A stretch of DNA of 61,749 nucleotides, filler included, from Globobulimina sp. (lineage: Eukaryota): NCBI GenBank assembly GCA_003354225.1. It is 27 parts of 27 records of this genome, joined end to end, with 100 filler letters (N's around TTAATTAATTAA, not from the genome) between each part and the next. Parts side by side here need not be neighbours in the genome. Positions count along the whole stretch, not along the records: positions 9,171 to 11,362 come from PIVH01008291.1; positions 11,463 to 13,654 come from PIVH01008292.1; positions 13,755 to 15,946 come from PIVH01008293.1; positions 16,047 to 18,238 come from PIVH01008294.1; positions 18,339 to 20,529 come from PIVH01008295.1; positions 20,630 to 22,820 come from PIVH01008296.1; 21 more parts are not named here. One strand, given 5' to 3'. Position numbers and translations under genes: made by a program. Each line of letters starts with the position of its first letter. The first letter of the stretch is position 1. Shown here piece by piece: positions 9,824-22,920 of the stretch. The notes beneath the pieces are model-generated. The model was not told the origin of the DNA. It did not search any database and saw only the letters and a list, made by a program, of their open reading frames with translations.

Positions 9824-10546
9824 GATAGTCGACCTTACCATTTATGCACATACATACATACAGTACCCACAATTTGATGCTAGGAAACCAAAAATTGGTC
9901 AATCTACAGTAAATTAGAGTACTCACAATGGCTGCCCTACTGTAAAAAGATTTATTTCCCAGAAATGATGGTAGGGGACACAATTCAGAGACATTTCCTA
10001 CCTAATTGTTGTTTAAATGAGCCATTATTATTTACCGAATTTAGGAAATAGTTAATTCGAAAATTTACTCCCTAGAAAATGCAGGCTGTCCACACCTACA
10101 TACATACTGACTGTTTGTTGGACACTCAAACTACAGTATGGCTAGATACCTTTCACGCTTTATGGAGACTGACTCAAACCAAAAAAGGATGCAAAAAATA
10201 GTCATTTCTTTACATGCTTATACCAGCTAGAATTGACGAGAGACTCACTGGTATGATTTTAGTCCAGTACAAAACGATAGAATGATAGAATTTTAGCGCG
10301 AAAGGGAGCAATAATTCTGTAACAATTGAATGGAAGATGTAACTATTTCCTAATGTCTCACAACTTCTCAGGTGTAATCATTCAGATGGTACCTTTTCTT
10401 GGACTGTTCTCTCACCAAGCAACATGTGGTGGTAACTTAGGATTTTCACATAAACAAATACATTCATATAAAGAAGAAACACATTCATACTTTTTATACA
10501 TAAGTTCAGTGCATGTTAGTGTACTAAAAATTAAAAAATGGTCACT

Positions 10547-11362
10547 TTATTTCTTTCTATGAGGTTGACCACTGAAATGACACCCAGGACATTGATAAAT
10601 CGATTCTTTCTCCCAAATTATATATGTACCCATCAAACAATGTTGGTCCTCTGGGGTCATTTTCACCGGTAATGTTGTCCAGTTCCTACCATGATCTTTG
10701 AATGCTGTGACCACTGAATTAACTAAATTTAAAATTTTGTTATGCATTTCAAACTTATTTCTCCAATGTTTCTGATGGTCAATTCCTTTATTATCAGACT
10801 CGGCAGATGAGGACACTTTGATGATTTTCTGCAATAGTATATGGCTCAATTCTTGTTCTCCTACATTACCATGATCCAATTGTCTTCCATCCAATGCATC
10901 AAATAATTCTTGCACTCCGTGACACTCTGACCAGTCTGAACCCAAAATAAGCGGGGGGAGATGTACATCGTCAGCAACAACATGTACTATTTGCCAAAAT
11001 TCAAGATTACCTAAACTCAGCAGCATGTAAATTTCGCCTAAAATTGGAATATTCTTTCCATAATTAGACATCGTTTTGTGTTCACATGGATGTAATTGTG
11101 AAGGGGTACCACCGCCATATTCACAGACAGAAAGTTGCATGATAGTATGTGCTATTTTTGTGTCAACACATGCTGCTACAGTGCAAACAGGGGCATAATT
11201 ATATAGGTCTTCCCTTCTATGCAACAGTATACTTACTTCCTTTGCTTGTGGATGACTGTCTGCCTGTTGATATTCTATGGTAATGGGCACTGCAGTAACT
11301 GTAGGACTGTACAATGTGCTGTTAGGTACCTGTTCGGGTGACTCACAAATAGTGTATTCTGC
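10547..11362 (-). mobile_element. Retropepsin-like ORF of LTR-retrotransposon origin with degenerate active site, 5' partial
   Basis: AACVDTK...QIVHVVADDVHLPPLILGSDW aligns with AALADTG...QTVHVVPDDSRLPLVILGTDF in 27503-29693. Confidence 0.7.
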
Positions 11363-11462
11363 NNNNNNNNNNNNNNNNNNNNNNNNNNNNNNNNNNNNNN
11401 NNNNNNTTAATTAATTAANNNNNNNNNNNNNNNNNNNNNNNNNNNNNNNNNNNNNNNNNNNN

Positions 11463-12974
11463 AAAGACAAAGACGCAGATGACCCAGATATAGAAGTACT
11501 AGATAAAGAAACAGGACAATTCGAACCTGATGTAGATGATACAAATATACAAAATATAAATGAACAAAATAGACAATTATTAAGTGCTACTTCATCTCAT
11601 AGTGATGATTTAAGTGGAGAATATGATGTTTTCAGAAAACCAACAGATTGGGAAGTCAGCAGTAGAAGAAGATCTCGAGGTATGAGAAGAGGTGGAAGAG
11701 GTAGATATACTAGAGGAAATGATAGAGCATCACCTCCTTTCTCATTACCTACAGATGATAAACACCCGAGATCTTCATCAAGAGATAGATTAGAAACTGA
11801 AAAACCTGCATATTCATTTATAAATAGAGGTGGACACCAAGTAAATTGGTCTGCAGCTAGAATGTTTGGTCTTAATACAAAAAGGAAATCCTTACACGGA
11901 TCATCAGATAGTATATTTTCAGGCGATGAACATAAAGTTCAAAAAGTTATGAGTCCATTAGAAATGTTTGAAAGTGCTAAAAATAAATGCAAAAAAATCC
12001 CCTATAAAAGGGAATTTAATGAAGACTTTCAATATCATAATCAGACCTTTGCAGATATAACAACTTATTATAAACAAACAGATATACATGCTGATAAATG
12101 TAAAAATATAGATGGAGCAGATACAAAAGGAATACGTACTATTCCGATACCATTAGAAAAAATGGCAGAACGAATAAATATAAATAAATTTGGACAAAGA
12201 TATGACACAAGATCTACATTTAAAATGCCAGGCAATTTAAAAGTATCTGTGATAGGAGACTCAACCATTTATGGGGTAGAATATTTCTTAGATATAACAG
12301 CTAAAGAACCAGAAGTTCAACAGAATGTACACTATTTAGGAATGAAAACTTCAGGAAGTGCATTAATAAGCTGTAGACTTAGACAAATGGCACCCGTTAT
12401 CCCAGCATTAACAATGAGAGACGAGGATGTCATAGTAATAAAATGTATTTTAGATATAGCAGATATTGTTGATACATATTATGCAGCAGGTATGATCGAA
12501 AATTCTTGGATACCATTTGCAGATGAACTTTTAGCAGATATTAGCAAAATTTGTCATAATATAAATGGAATACACAAAAATGTATTGATGCTTGTAAATT
12601 TAACTGCACCAATACTATCAAATAAAAATTATATGTCAGATATTAATGATCCAGGATTTTTGACAATAATTCAAAAAATAGAAAATTATTTGGCACGTAA
12701 AGTAGATGATCTAGCCAAACAGTTCAAAATTCCGATTAGATATATTATGCTACATTCAGCCATAGCAGAACAGACATATAAATTAAAAAATGAAGCTGAA
12801 AAAGAAACTAATGAATCAATTACAGTAGAAAATGCATTAAGTAAATTTGTATCAGGTATTAAATTGACAAGAAATGGAAACAAGGTTTTGGCCAATGAAA
12901 TGTTTAGAGAAATGGTCACTGGTTGGATCAAATTTGTCAATGAGAAAATTTTAACCGGAAATCCGGGAAACTAG
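11463..12974 (+). CDS. Non-LTR retrotransposon ORF1 with SGNH/GDSL esterase-like domain, 5' partial
   Basis: VSVIGDS block I, SGIKLTRNGNKVLA block V-like; frame open to contig edge; 14 bp upstream of the APE ORF. Confidence 0.65.
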   Translation, partial: KDKDADDPDIEVLDKETGQFEPDVDDTNIQNINEQNRQLLSATSSHSDDLSGEYDVFRKPTDWEVSSRRRSRGMRRGGRGRYTRGNDRASPPFSLPTDDKHPRSSSRDRLETEKPAYSFINRGGHQVNWSAARMFGLNTKRKSLHGSSDSIFSGDEHKVQKVMSPLEMFESAKNKCKKIPYKREFNEDFQYHNQTFADITTYYKQTDIHADKCKNIDGADTKGIRTIPIPLEKMAERININKFGQRYDTRSTFKMPGNLKVSVIGDSTIYGVEYFLDITAKEPEVQQNVHYLGMKTSGSALISCRLRQMAPVIPALTMRDEDVIVIKCILDIADIVDTYYAAGMIENSWIPFADELLADISKICHNINGIHKNVLMLVNLTAPILSNKNYMSDINDPGFLTIIQKIENYLARKVDDLAKQFKIPIRYIMLHSAIAEQTYKLKNEAEKETNESITVENALSKFVSGIKLTRNGNKVLANEMFREMVTGWIKFVNEKILTGNPGN

Positions 12975-12988
12975 ACAAGGTCAGTACA

Positions 12989-13654
12989 ATGCCTAGTTTT
13001 CACAATAATCCTAAATTTAATAATTTTACTATTCCAGATTATCAGAAATCAAAAAATCCACAAAGATGGTATTCAGGAAAAAGATCTAAAGATAAGAAAT
13101 TATATTTGGATCAAAATATTGATATATTATATAACAATGTATTATCTATGAATTCAAAAATTGATATTATATATGAACATTTAAAAGAAATAAAATTAGA
13201 TATTATATGTTGTGTTGAAACAAGATATAAAAATGTATTAGACACTCATAAAATACATGGATACGAAAGCTTTCATAAGATGCAAGTAGATAATAAAACA
13301 GGAGGGATTAGTGTATGGGCTAAAGTAGATTCCAAACCTACTAGACTAGATATTGATGACATGGATGATGAGATAAGTACAAATTATCTATGGATATTAT
13401 GTCAAAATAAAAATATGACAGCTGTATGTACAGTGTATCTAAGACATCAAGGAGCAAAAAATGCGCTAGATACCAATATAAAAATCTGTCAAAGACTTGC
13501 AAATCATATTAATTGGTGCAAAATTAGAAATTATAATATTATAATAGTTGGAGATTTTAACGGTCACATTGGCAATGATGATTTGGGTATCATTGGCAAT
13601 CATGATCCGATAAACGACAATGGACATATTATTAGAAATTTTACCAAAGAGTCA
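12989..13654 (+). CDS. Non-LTR retrotransposon ORF2, APE endonuclease domain, 3' partial
   Basis: ILYNNV, DIICCVET, GGISVW, IIVGDFNGHIG. Confidence 0.85.
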
Positions 13655-13754
13655 NNNNNNNNNNNNNNNNNNNNNNNNNNNNNNNNNNNNNNNNNNNNTT
13701 AATTAATTAANNNNNNNNNNNNNNNNNNNNNNNNNNNNNNNNNNNNNNNNNNNN

Positions 13755-14027
13755 CCACGTTTAAGCACATCGGGAATATACAAATATTCTCGAAATCCAT
13801 TTTATGTTGGAAAATTTATTAATTTATTTGGAATTTTAGTATGTAAAGAAAAGACATAGTTTGATGTGATAATATATCCAGGATTTTGCTATTTTTCTTA
13901 TTGTATGTACCATGTGGCATTGGATGAAGAAAAAATGTTAAAAACGCAATTTGGAAATCAATATATTGAATATGAACAACGCGTACCTCGATGGATTGGG
14001 TTCCGTGGAAATCAGAAATCCGAATAA
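13755..14027 (+). pseudogene. ICMT/PEMT-family methyltransferase C-terminus with in-frame TAG at 13857
   Basis: GIYKYSRNPFYVG and EEKML..QFGNQYIEYEQRVPRWI lie in one frame broken by a single TAG. Confidence 0.7.
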
Positions 14028-14213
14028 ATCAATATAATCATACAACATTTGGTTGAATTAAATTAGTGCTTATAAGTTTCAAAAAATGACATGTAAATGT
14101 AATCATACAACATCTACTTTGTATATAAAATGATTAATCGTTGGTGTAATATTTGAGAACAAAAAACGCCACAGTCACTTTAGCCCCATATATAATACTT
14201 TTTAAATAGCACA

Positions 14214-15514
14214 ATGGAAGAAAAAGGATTATTGACCAATGACGATGACCAGAACACTGACTATTTGATTGAGAATGAAAACACCTCTATGAAATGCGGC
14301 GTTGCCTGGGATTTCTTCGACAAAGCAGTTGATTTAGATGTTACAATCGTTGCTTTAGACGCATATTCATTAGATATGGATGCTGCATATTACAATCAAA
14401 CGTCGATATTGAACAATTCAATCATACATTCAGGTGATAATAAAACTGGTATTGGCGAGGGTGATGATGAACAAATTACAATTAATTTGAAAGAATTACC
14501 TTCCCATTGCTATTCAATGTGGTTCATTGTAAATGCATATCACGGCGGAACATTCAAAGATGTAGAAACTGCAAAATTTACATTATATGATCAAAATAAT
14601 CAACAATTACATTCGTATCAAATTACAATGGCTGGACATAATTCAACAGCATTATTATTAGGTGCATTATATCGCGATGTGAATGAAGTTGATTGGAGAT
14701 ATAAACAAATTGAAAAACCTGGCGATGGGCTCAATTTTGTTGAATCTAAATATTTAATGGAAAACGCATTGAGTACTATTTACAATGCAGATATTTTGAG
14801 TGAAAGACCGCGAGACCGAACAAAAACATACCAGCTAAAAAAATCCGATAACTATATCATAAGTCCGTCAATTTCCAAAGTAACAGCAGGTTTAGGTAGG
14901 TTTTTTTTTCCAACATTTTCTAAATCAAAACATGGCTCAACTTTTTTTCATAAATACTGTGGCAATACAAAACAGGATGGGATCCAGCACGTGGCTCAGG
15001 AAATATTGATGTGGATGGAAGTGTTGTCATATTTAGCAAGGATTCTTCAGGCGCATTGAGAGAAACTGATATTATTTTCTATGGTAATTTATCAGATAAA
15101 TTTGGTGGAAATTGTGTCAGACATCACGGTGATAATTTAACTGGTAATGGTGCTGGCGATGATGAACAAATCGATATATTTTTGCATGCGATTGATAATG
15201 ATTCAAATGCGATCGATGTATTATGTGTCGTTATAAATATTTATGGCGGGGCGTCATCATTTAATTCAATCAAGAATTGTTTTGCGCGTTTGGTTGATGA
15301 GAAAGGCAATGAATTGTGTAGATATGCGTTGTCTGGTCAATATAAGACGAAAGGAATGATTATGTGTAGTATCGAAAAAAAGAAAAATGGATGTTGGGCT
15401 TTAAAGGCGTTTGGTGTTGGCTGTAAAGGAAAACAGGCTTCTGAATCTGCTACATCACCTAATGTCCATAATGAAGACACTGTGGATGATACTTGTACTT
15501 GTAATATATTATAA
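14214..15514 (+). CDS. Tandem TerD-domain protein with C-terminal CaaX, 2 exons (intron 14896-14975)
   Basis: GVAWD..VDLD, HSGDNKTGIGEGDDE; spliced GLGWD, HHGDNLTGNGAGDDE; ends CTCNIL. Confidence 0.9.
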
Positions 15515-16595
15515 CAAAACACATATTTTTATGAAACTGACTACATCACAGTTAGTTGTGATTGTGAAGTAATGTTAGTAAATATGATTTATTATGTTTT
15601 ACAGTTCTCAGTGCTACACTAACTTCACATTTTTCCCACATTACCATCCCCTTTTTTTTTGTCTGAACTGGTACTGTAATTTGTATCGTTTCGTTCGACC
15701 ACGAATTAGTTCGTGAATGGAGAATCATCATCAAAAACACCCAAACGATGATAAAAGCAGCAACACAGCCAAACCAAGCATTGATTTTAATTTTTTTTTA
15801 AACACAGAAATAAATGACAGTAAGAACTGCGGCACAGTCAGTGAATGCAAATCAGTTCAAAGAGTGACGAAAGCGTTGATGTATTACGAAAGCTTAAATA
15901 ACACAAAACAGGAAAACAGTAACGGACAGGCAATATTCAGTGCGTTNNNNNNNNNNNNNNNNNNNNNNNNNNNNNNNNNNNNNNNNNNNNTTAATTAATT
16001 AANNNNNNNNNNNNNNNNNNNNNNNNNNNNNNNNNNNNNNNNNNNNAAGAATTCGCCGATTCAACCAAAGAGGCGATGAAAATTTAAGAGATTTGTTGGA
16101 ATTAAAAAAGAAAATGTGCGGTGTACGAAGGATGAATGAAATATTAGCCGTTAAAATGAAGGAAACATTAATTAATCAGTTAGTGGATCAAACTGGTATC
16201 GATGTATTTGAATTAATTAATAATGCGATAATTTAGTAATCTCTCAAGCTTTTGAATTAGTTTAATATTAAATATATGATAATTTAATAATAAATAAGTA
16301 TTAATTTTATCGTTTTCAGATCCTTTCGGATCTTTTTAGATTTGTTATGACATTGATTCTAGGACATTTCGCAATTACAATACTAATATTCTTGCATGTT
16401 CACCCAAATCATCCTGATAAAAAAAATGTACATTTTTGCGTAAGTACTTCAGACTAAAAACAGTTAGGATGGTCAGCTAAATAAGTCATATGCTTCGTCT
16501 TCGTCGTCGTCCATACTTCAGCTGCAATTATGCCATAATTAGCAAATCTAAGCTAATGATATAAAAATAGAATTGATGAATGAATTAAGACAGAC

Positions 16596-18238
16596 ATGTC
16601 ATCAGATGAGCAACAATTCGAATCTTACACTCCGTCCGCTGATTTTGAAAGCCTCTCCATATTAAGCGATGATGACATCGATCCACATTTTGAAGCTCAA
16701 CAAAACACATCAGATATTGATGCACTTTTGGCGATTGACAGTGACCCTGACCCAGAACAAGCAAATAATAATTCTGATGACAACAAAAATGAAACTACAC
16801 CAACGATATTAACAGAATCAGAATCAGACAATGTTACTGGCACTGGATACATACCACCAAGTCATTGGAGACCCGAAAGAAAGAGAAATCGCGGCAAATT
16901 AATTTTGGACGAGTATAAAGATAAAATCAGTGGCAAGGCTAAACAAAGAAAATTAAGATTGCAGGACAAACGAAAAAAATTAAGAGAATTTAAACTGAAC
17001 CAAATTAGAACAAAAGGTCGATATAAATGTTCAATTAAGCAGTGCCAACAAAGATATTTCTCAAAATCAGAGCAAATATTACATTCCATACAGCACCAAA
17101 ATGCATTGGATTATGGATCACAAAGACAACATTTATCTGATTTATTATACAATGCACAGATTATAAAAATGAAATGTGTGGATAGCAGCCATATGTATGA
17201 TATGATGGTCATAATTAAACTAATTGTTCAATTCGTAAATCCCACAGAAATATGGCATACAAAGAGACCAAAAATACAGCAAAATCCAGTCTGTTGCTGT
17301 CAATGTGTTTGTGGCTGTGATAAATATGAAAAAGAAAAAGCAGAGCAATTACAACAAGCAAAACATATTCGATGTCAGTTATTTTTTATTTTTTCTATTT
17401 TCTATTTTTTTCCTCTGACTTTGTGCTTTTCAGCGAAAATAGAGAGAGAAAGATTGATGGAACAAATCGAAAAGAAATATGTGTCTGGAAATAATATGTT
17501 TGAAGTATCTCTTGGAAAGATTGTGGACGAAATAGATTTTAAGTTTGCTGGTCCAAATACTAAAAATATTAAAATCAAAAACAGTTTAGTTTTACTTCTA
17601 ACTTTTATATGTTGAGAATTTGAAATATATTTCAAATGTATATACAGATCAAATGATTGATCCATTGCAAACTGAATGTATTTGTTTGTGTTTTTGTGGC
17701 TCGATACCCTTCGTTTCACGCCATTATTTTGATGAAAATATGCAATTTATTGAACGAGAAACCATTCAAAAAGCTCATACACAAAATTTAAGAAAGTTTT
17801 TCATTGAAATGCAGTCTAAATTTCCTTTGGAAACATATCCCAAAATAAGAGATCCTGCAAATTATTCAAAACATTATTATTTATTCAAACATGAAGTGCA
17901 AAAACATCATTTATTTTGGCAAAATTATCCATTGCCTCGTTCATTGACCAAAATAGCCAAAAATGATTGTTTTGATGATGATGAATATGAATTTTTGAAA
18001 CAAGAATGTGTTCATATATTTAAACAGATTTGTTGCATTCAAGGTCACTGCGCCTACAAAGATCCGCGGAATTTAGCATTTAAAATCATTGAAAAGGGAA
18101 TAAAATTTTATCCAATTCGCGACGAAATATATATGCAAATTATTAAGCAAACCCGAAGAAATCCGCACAAATTGTCAGGTGTAATGGGATGGAAATTAAT
18201 GTATCTATGTTTATCATCATTTACTCCATCAAATGAAA
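16596..18238 (+). CDS. MyTH4-domain protein with upstream C2H2-like finger, multi-exon, 3' partial
   Basis: IRDEIYMQIIKQTRRNP..GWKLMYLCLSSFTPS. Confidence 0.75.
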
Positions 18239-18338
18239 NNNNNNNNNNNNNNNNNNNNNNNNNNNNNNNNNNNNNNNNNNNNTTAATTAATTAANNNNNN
18301 NNNNNNNNNNNNNNNNNNNNNNNNNNNNNNNNNNNNNN

Positions 18339-19546
18339 AAGACCAGATGGCCATTGACGAGGAGGAGAAGAAAGAAGCCCCAGAGAATGACCTGGCATGC
18401 TCGGACATACCGATTTTCAATCGCTATAATAATATCAAATCAGATACAGTGGAAGATATATATCAGAATATCGTGAACATTAAAGCAGTTAAGGCTACGC
18501 AAGTAATGATCGACGAAAATAAATTGCCATCATTAGCGCAAATGAAAAAGTGGGCGGATACCACGCTATATTTTATGAAGAATAACCCGGAGGTCAGGGT
18601 GCCGGACTTTGATTGGTATGACAGTGAAATTTTGGAACATGAAATTAACCGATTATGTGGCAAAGACTTCCGAATTAAAATCGCTAATTTGTATGAGAAA
18701 GTGGCAAATATTGACAGCAAAATTAACGCCGTTTTGTGGAAATGTACTATTTTCGGAGCGCATCCGTCATTCATTCATTGTTTTAAAAATCTGACGATTG
18801 GAACAGAAAATTTCAATATTTATGAATATGAACGCGATTTTAAAAAAGAATGGATAGGAGAGCATATTAGACTCTGTCCAATGTGCGGCCATCCATTCCA
18901 TGATATCTGGCTCTGTGAAGTGTTCTTACATCAACAAGGCTTAGGTAAATCGGCCCAAGCGAGAGCCTGGGAAATTGAAGGCAAAGAGTCCATTTATATC
19001 CGCCGTAATCTGAAAAAAGTAAAAACAGAAATATGTACAACGTGCCAATGCTGGCATCCGGAGACGCGTATTTGTAATAATATGCCGCATTGTGTTGCAT
19101 GTGGCGACGGCCATATTGCCTCCATTAATAACCTTCGATGTGTTGTTCGGGGAGAAATTGGTATTATGTTGGATATGTTTTATATGTGTTATATTTTGAA
19201 TGTAAAGAATTTATTTGAATTATCATTCTCGCAGTTATTATGTTTAGATTTAGAATCGCTGACGACAATTAAGAAAGTCGTGAAAAAAGATGGCATGGTC
19301 CATAAATTAATATTCCCGAATTTTAAACAATATGCAATTGAATCCCCGAAAATTGATTCGAAATACCGTCGCAATAAAAGCCGGCCGAGACCGAATGTGC
19401 GACGAAGAATGAATTTTGATAATAATCGAATTTATGCGCGCGGACAGAGAAAAAATAATGATAACCGCAATAATAAAAATGTAAATGTAAATAATAAACA
19501 AGAAAATGAAGATGAAGACGATGATGCCAATACAGATGAGCCATAA
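18339..19546 (+). CDS. Non-LTR retrotransposon ORF1 (gag-like, three zinc knuckles)
   Basis: CPMCGHPFHDIWLC, CTTCQCWHPETRIC, CVACGDGH...C. Confidence 0.75.
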
Positions 19547-19927
19547 CCATGCCCTAGACACTAAAACCCTATCTATGCTTTCAGCTAACACCCGATCTCC
19601 AATCTTGACCATTAGAATGAACTTTTTTGTCTCCAATCCTTTATTAATACTATTTCCTGTTATATATAACCTTTTCTTTTTTCAAACTTATATTTGGTTT
19701 CTGAAAATGTTCATCCCTTTTAAACTCCGTGTGTTTTTCCTTTTTTTGATTACTAACACACCTTTTGATCTATATACATGTTTAACTTTAAATTTATCTT
19801 TGCCACGTTCCATGTTGTATATTAACCCGACGAATATCTTATATTCCATTATGCCTTCAGCAAATTTTTTCGGATTCAGTTTGTTAAATTATGGTAAGAA
19901 AACTCTTGAGTCGCCGTTTTCCCCGTT

Positions 19928-20529
19928 TTGAGAATTGGCCAAATCAATATTCGTGGATTACAGGATGCAAACCGATCCTTCCACAAACAGAAACAAATTG
20001 AAATATTGCTGCGTAAATATAATTTAGATATTTTATTATTACAAGAATTAGTGGTTACAGCCAGAGCAGACATTAAGAATCAATACTATTACGACAAAAA
20101 CGATAATTATCATAAATTCAGAGTCACCGAAAACAGATTCGATCGTTATAAATTTTGGGCACCGAAAACGGAATGTGGCATTATCTACAGAGATAATTTA
20201 GAAGTGACAAGATTGAATGAGTTCATCCCCGTATCACAATGCAGAGAAACGAATATAGCAATATGTGGAATCCTTATCCACACTAAACACAAACCGATTG
20301 CCGTTTATTCTTATTATCGCCCGCCAAAATATGGTGAAGCCACACAATTATTCCAATTTAAATTTGAAGGTGAAAAAGTTATCCTTGGAGGTGATCTGAA
20401 TCTCCACCACGAAATGTGGGGGAGTAAAAAGCATAATAAAGCCTCAAAGGACTTTGTAACCCTTCTGTCTCATTCGGAGTTCCAAGTAATTAATTCAAAA
20501 ACACCAACCCGATGTGACCCATCCAACCA
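19928..20529 (+). CDS. Non-LTR retrotransposon ORF2 APE endonuclease (I/Jockey/R1-like), 3' partial
   Basis: RIGQINIRG, DILLLQE, VYSYYRPP, GGDLNLHHEMWGS, PTR. Confidence 0.85.
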
Positions 20530-20629
20530 NNNNNNNNNNNNNNNNNNNNNNNNNNNNNNNNNNNNNNNNNNNNTTAATTAATTAANNNNNNNNNNNNNNN
20601 NNNNNNNNNNNNNNNNNNNNNNNNNNNNN

Positions 20630-21708
20630 AATTAATAAAATCATCCTGGTAAAAATTCAAACTTTTCTTAAATAACAAAATATTCCCACTTTTTAATGCT
20701 TGTACAATGGGATAAAACCTATCACACAAAACCTTTGGTATTTTATTTAAATTTGGCAAATATCCCAACATCATTTGTATTGGAATCAGTAGCAATAAAA
20801 TCCTGTATCGATTCACGCTCATTCTATGACATAATTTGAACCCAAACGTTAGCTCTTCCTTTGCTTTGATTAAGTTACTGTTTTTCTGAGAATTGAACCT
20901 TCCATTATAATACAAACGGCGCACCACATCAGACATTGGGAACGAAGTCCACATTGATTTGAATTTATCCACTTCATCCAATGCATGATTCAAATAGGTT
21001 TGGTTATTGATGATATCGCACAGTTTAATAATTTGATTCACTGTGAAAAATAAACCATGGCATAATGTATGCTTACCATTGGAAGTCAGCTTTAGTTGCT
21101 TTGCATTCTTACCATTCGAATTGACGCGGTTTGTATGGTCAGAGGTCATTATACGGACAATTTGCATGATATCATTGAATGCAGTGATAATAATATCGTT
21201 GTCATTGTCAAAATTGCATAAAAATTGATAATATGTGATAGCGATATCCGTGAAATTGCGTAACATTGAATTTATTACTGGTAAATACCAGACATCATTG
21301 CAGTCGAATATGTTCTGCGCAGTGTTTTTGCTGTTTGTGGTAGGTTCAATAACTTGGTCACGCAGCAATTTTAATGCGGTTTTGGTGGATTTCCAGGAAC
21401 ACGAATAGCGATCTTCAAGCATTTCCAAAATGGATTTAAGATGATAGAATATTATCATTGTCCATATCTCTGAGGCGGCTGTTAAGTTTAATGTGGTTTT
21501 GCATACATTTAATAGAGCTGATTCCTGTATGTTTCAATAAATAACATTAATCCTTGCGCAGTTGCACTTAAATGGATTATTTAACTGTTACATCCTCAAA
21601 CACTTGGCGTTTGTTTGTCGTTCTGAATGAAAAACAATGGGCTAACACTTTGCCATTGCTGTTAGTGATACAAACTTTCATTATTTTTAAATAGCTTTTT
21701 AAATCCAT
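20630..21708 (-). CDS. PCID2: PCI domain-containing protein 2 (Thp1/CSN12-like), 3' partial, one intron near 21530-21590
   Basis: YYNGR, AKEELTFGFKLC, NRYRILLLLIPIQMMLGYLP, IVQALKSGN. Confidence 0.75.
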
Positions 21709-21886
21709 TGATTTCTTTTTTTTCTGTTTGAGGGTGATAAGTGTGTTAAGATATGAGGATAGATTATAGAATAATTAATGGACACCTTTTTCTTTTTCGG
21801 TTTCCGTGTTGCAGTCACTATTCGGTGAGCCATGAATCTGTGAGTTAGACTGTAAAGTTTTTAATCAAGAATTATCGGAAAGCGTT

Positions 21887-22820
21887 ATGTTTAATCCGTT
21901 TGTCGTGTTATTATTATTTGTTGTGCATGCATTCAAAACAGAATCAATAACATTACATCATGAATATATTGATGAAGAAACAAATTATGGCAAAGTAAAT
22001 CTCACAGCAATTACAGATAAATCGTCACTTAATTTACAATGGCTAACATCGGACATATTAAAAATCGAAACAAGCAATTTTACGTATCAATATTTTCATT
22101 TAGATGACAATTTGTTAAATAAAAAAATTTTCATATCTCATAATTTTTTAAATCTCGATTTTATAAAGCATACATTGTCAGATTTAGTTGATAATAAAGA
22201 ATATAAAATTGAATCGATTGACAGTAAAGATTTTTTTGTAGTATTTACACCAAAATATCCATCAGATTGCTATATCAAATTGTTGGTTCATCAAAAAGAT
22301 TTTGTTTGTGATATTGATCAGCTCGATGATTTAATACAGGATCCAAATGAATTAACCACACATAATCTTGAAATATTATTCAATATTTTCAAATTAATGT
22401 ATAAAGAAATAAAAAAAGCCAATATTATTAATAATAAATTAAATCATAATTATCAAATATATGATGTTAATAAAGAATTTCCATTTCAATTTATTAATGG
22501 CACTCAAATTGATGCAAAAAACGTTTATGATTTAAAATCATCGGTATATTTTGATATTGATTATGAAATTGCTGTTTCATTGAATGAAATAAATAAGTTT
22601 AAGAGTTCAAACGCTGTGATTTCTGCCAAATTACAGAAGAACAACTATCGACGATGACTTGGTGATTCAGACAAATTCTGTCGTGAAATTGATTAAATAT
22701 CCATATCGTGATCATATTAACATTTTTGAAACGAATGATAAAGTTAAGGTTGAAGGCAGATTAATTATTAAAGACAAATTTATTGAAAATGCAGGGTCTG
22801 AAATTACAATGAATATAGCA
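21887..22820 (+). CDS. Secreted hypothetical protein with apparent frameshift near 22650
   Basis: Signal peptide; two abutting ORFs in different frames. Confidence 0.4.
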
Positions 22821-22920
22821 NNNNNNNNNNNNNNNNNNNNNNNNNNNNNNNNNNNNNNNNNNNNTTAATTAATTAANNNNNNNNNNNNNNNNNNNNNNNN
22901 NNNNNNNNNNNNNNNNNNNN

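Noticed and set aside
13857-13859. Stop-codon reassignment or programmed frameshifting suggested by this TAG and the broken frames at about 780, 22650, 48367 and 61060
   Set aside because: Most genes are intact under the standard code and end in TAA, TAG or TGA; the breaks share no motif, so pseudogenes or low-coverage errors are more likely
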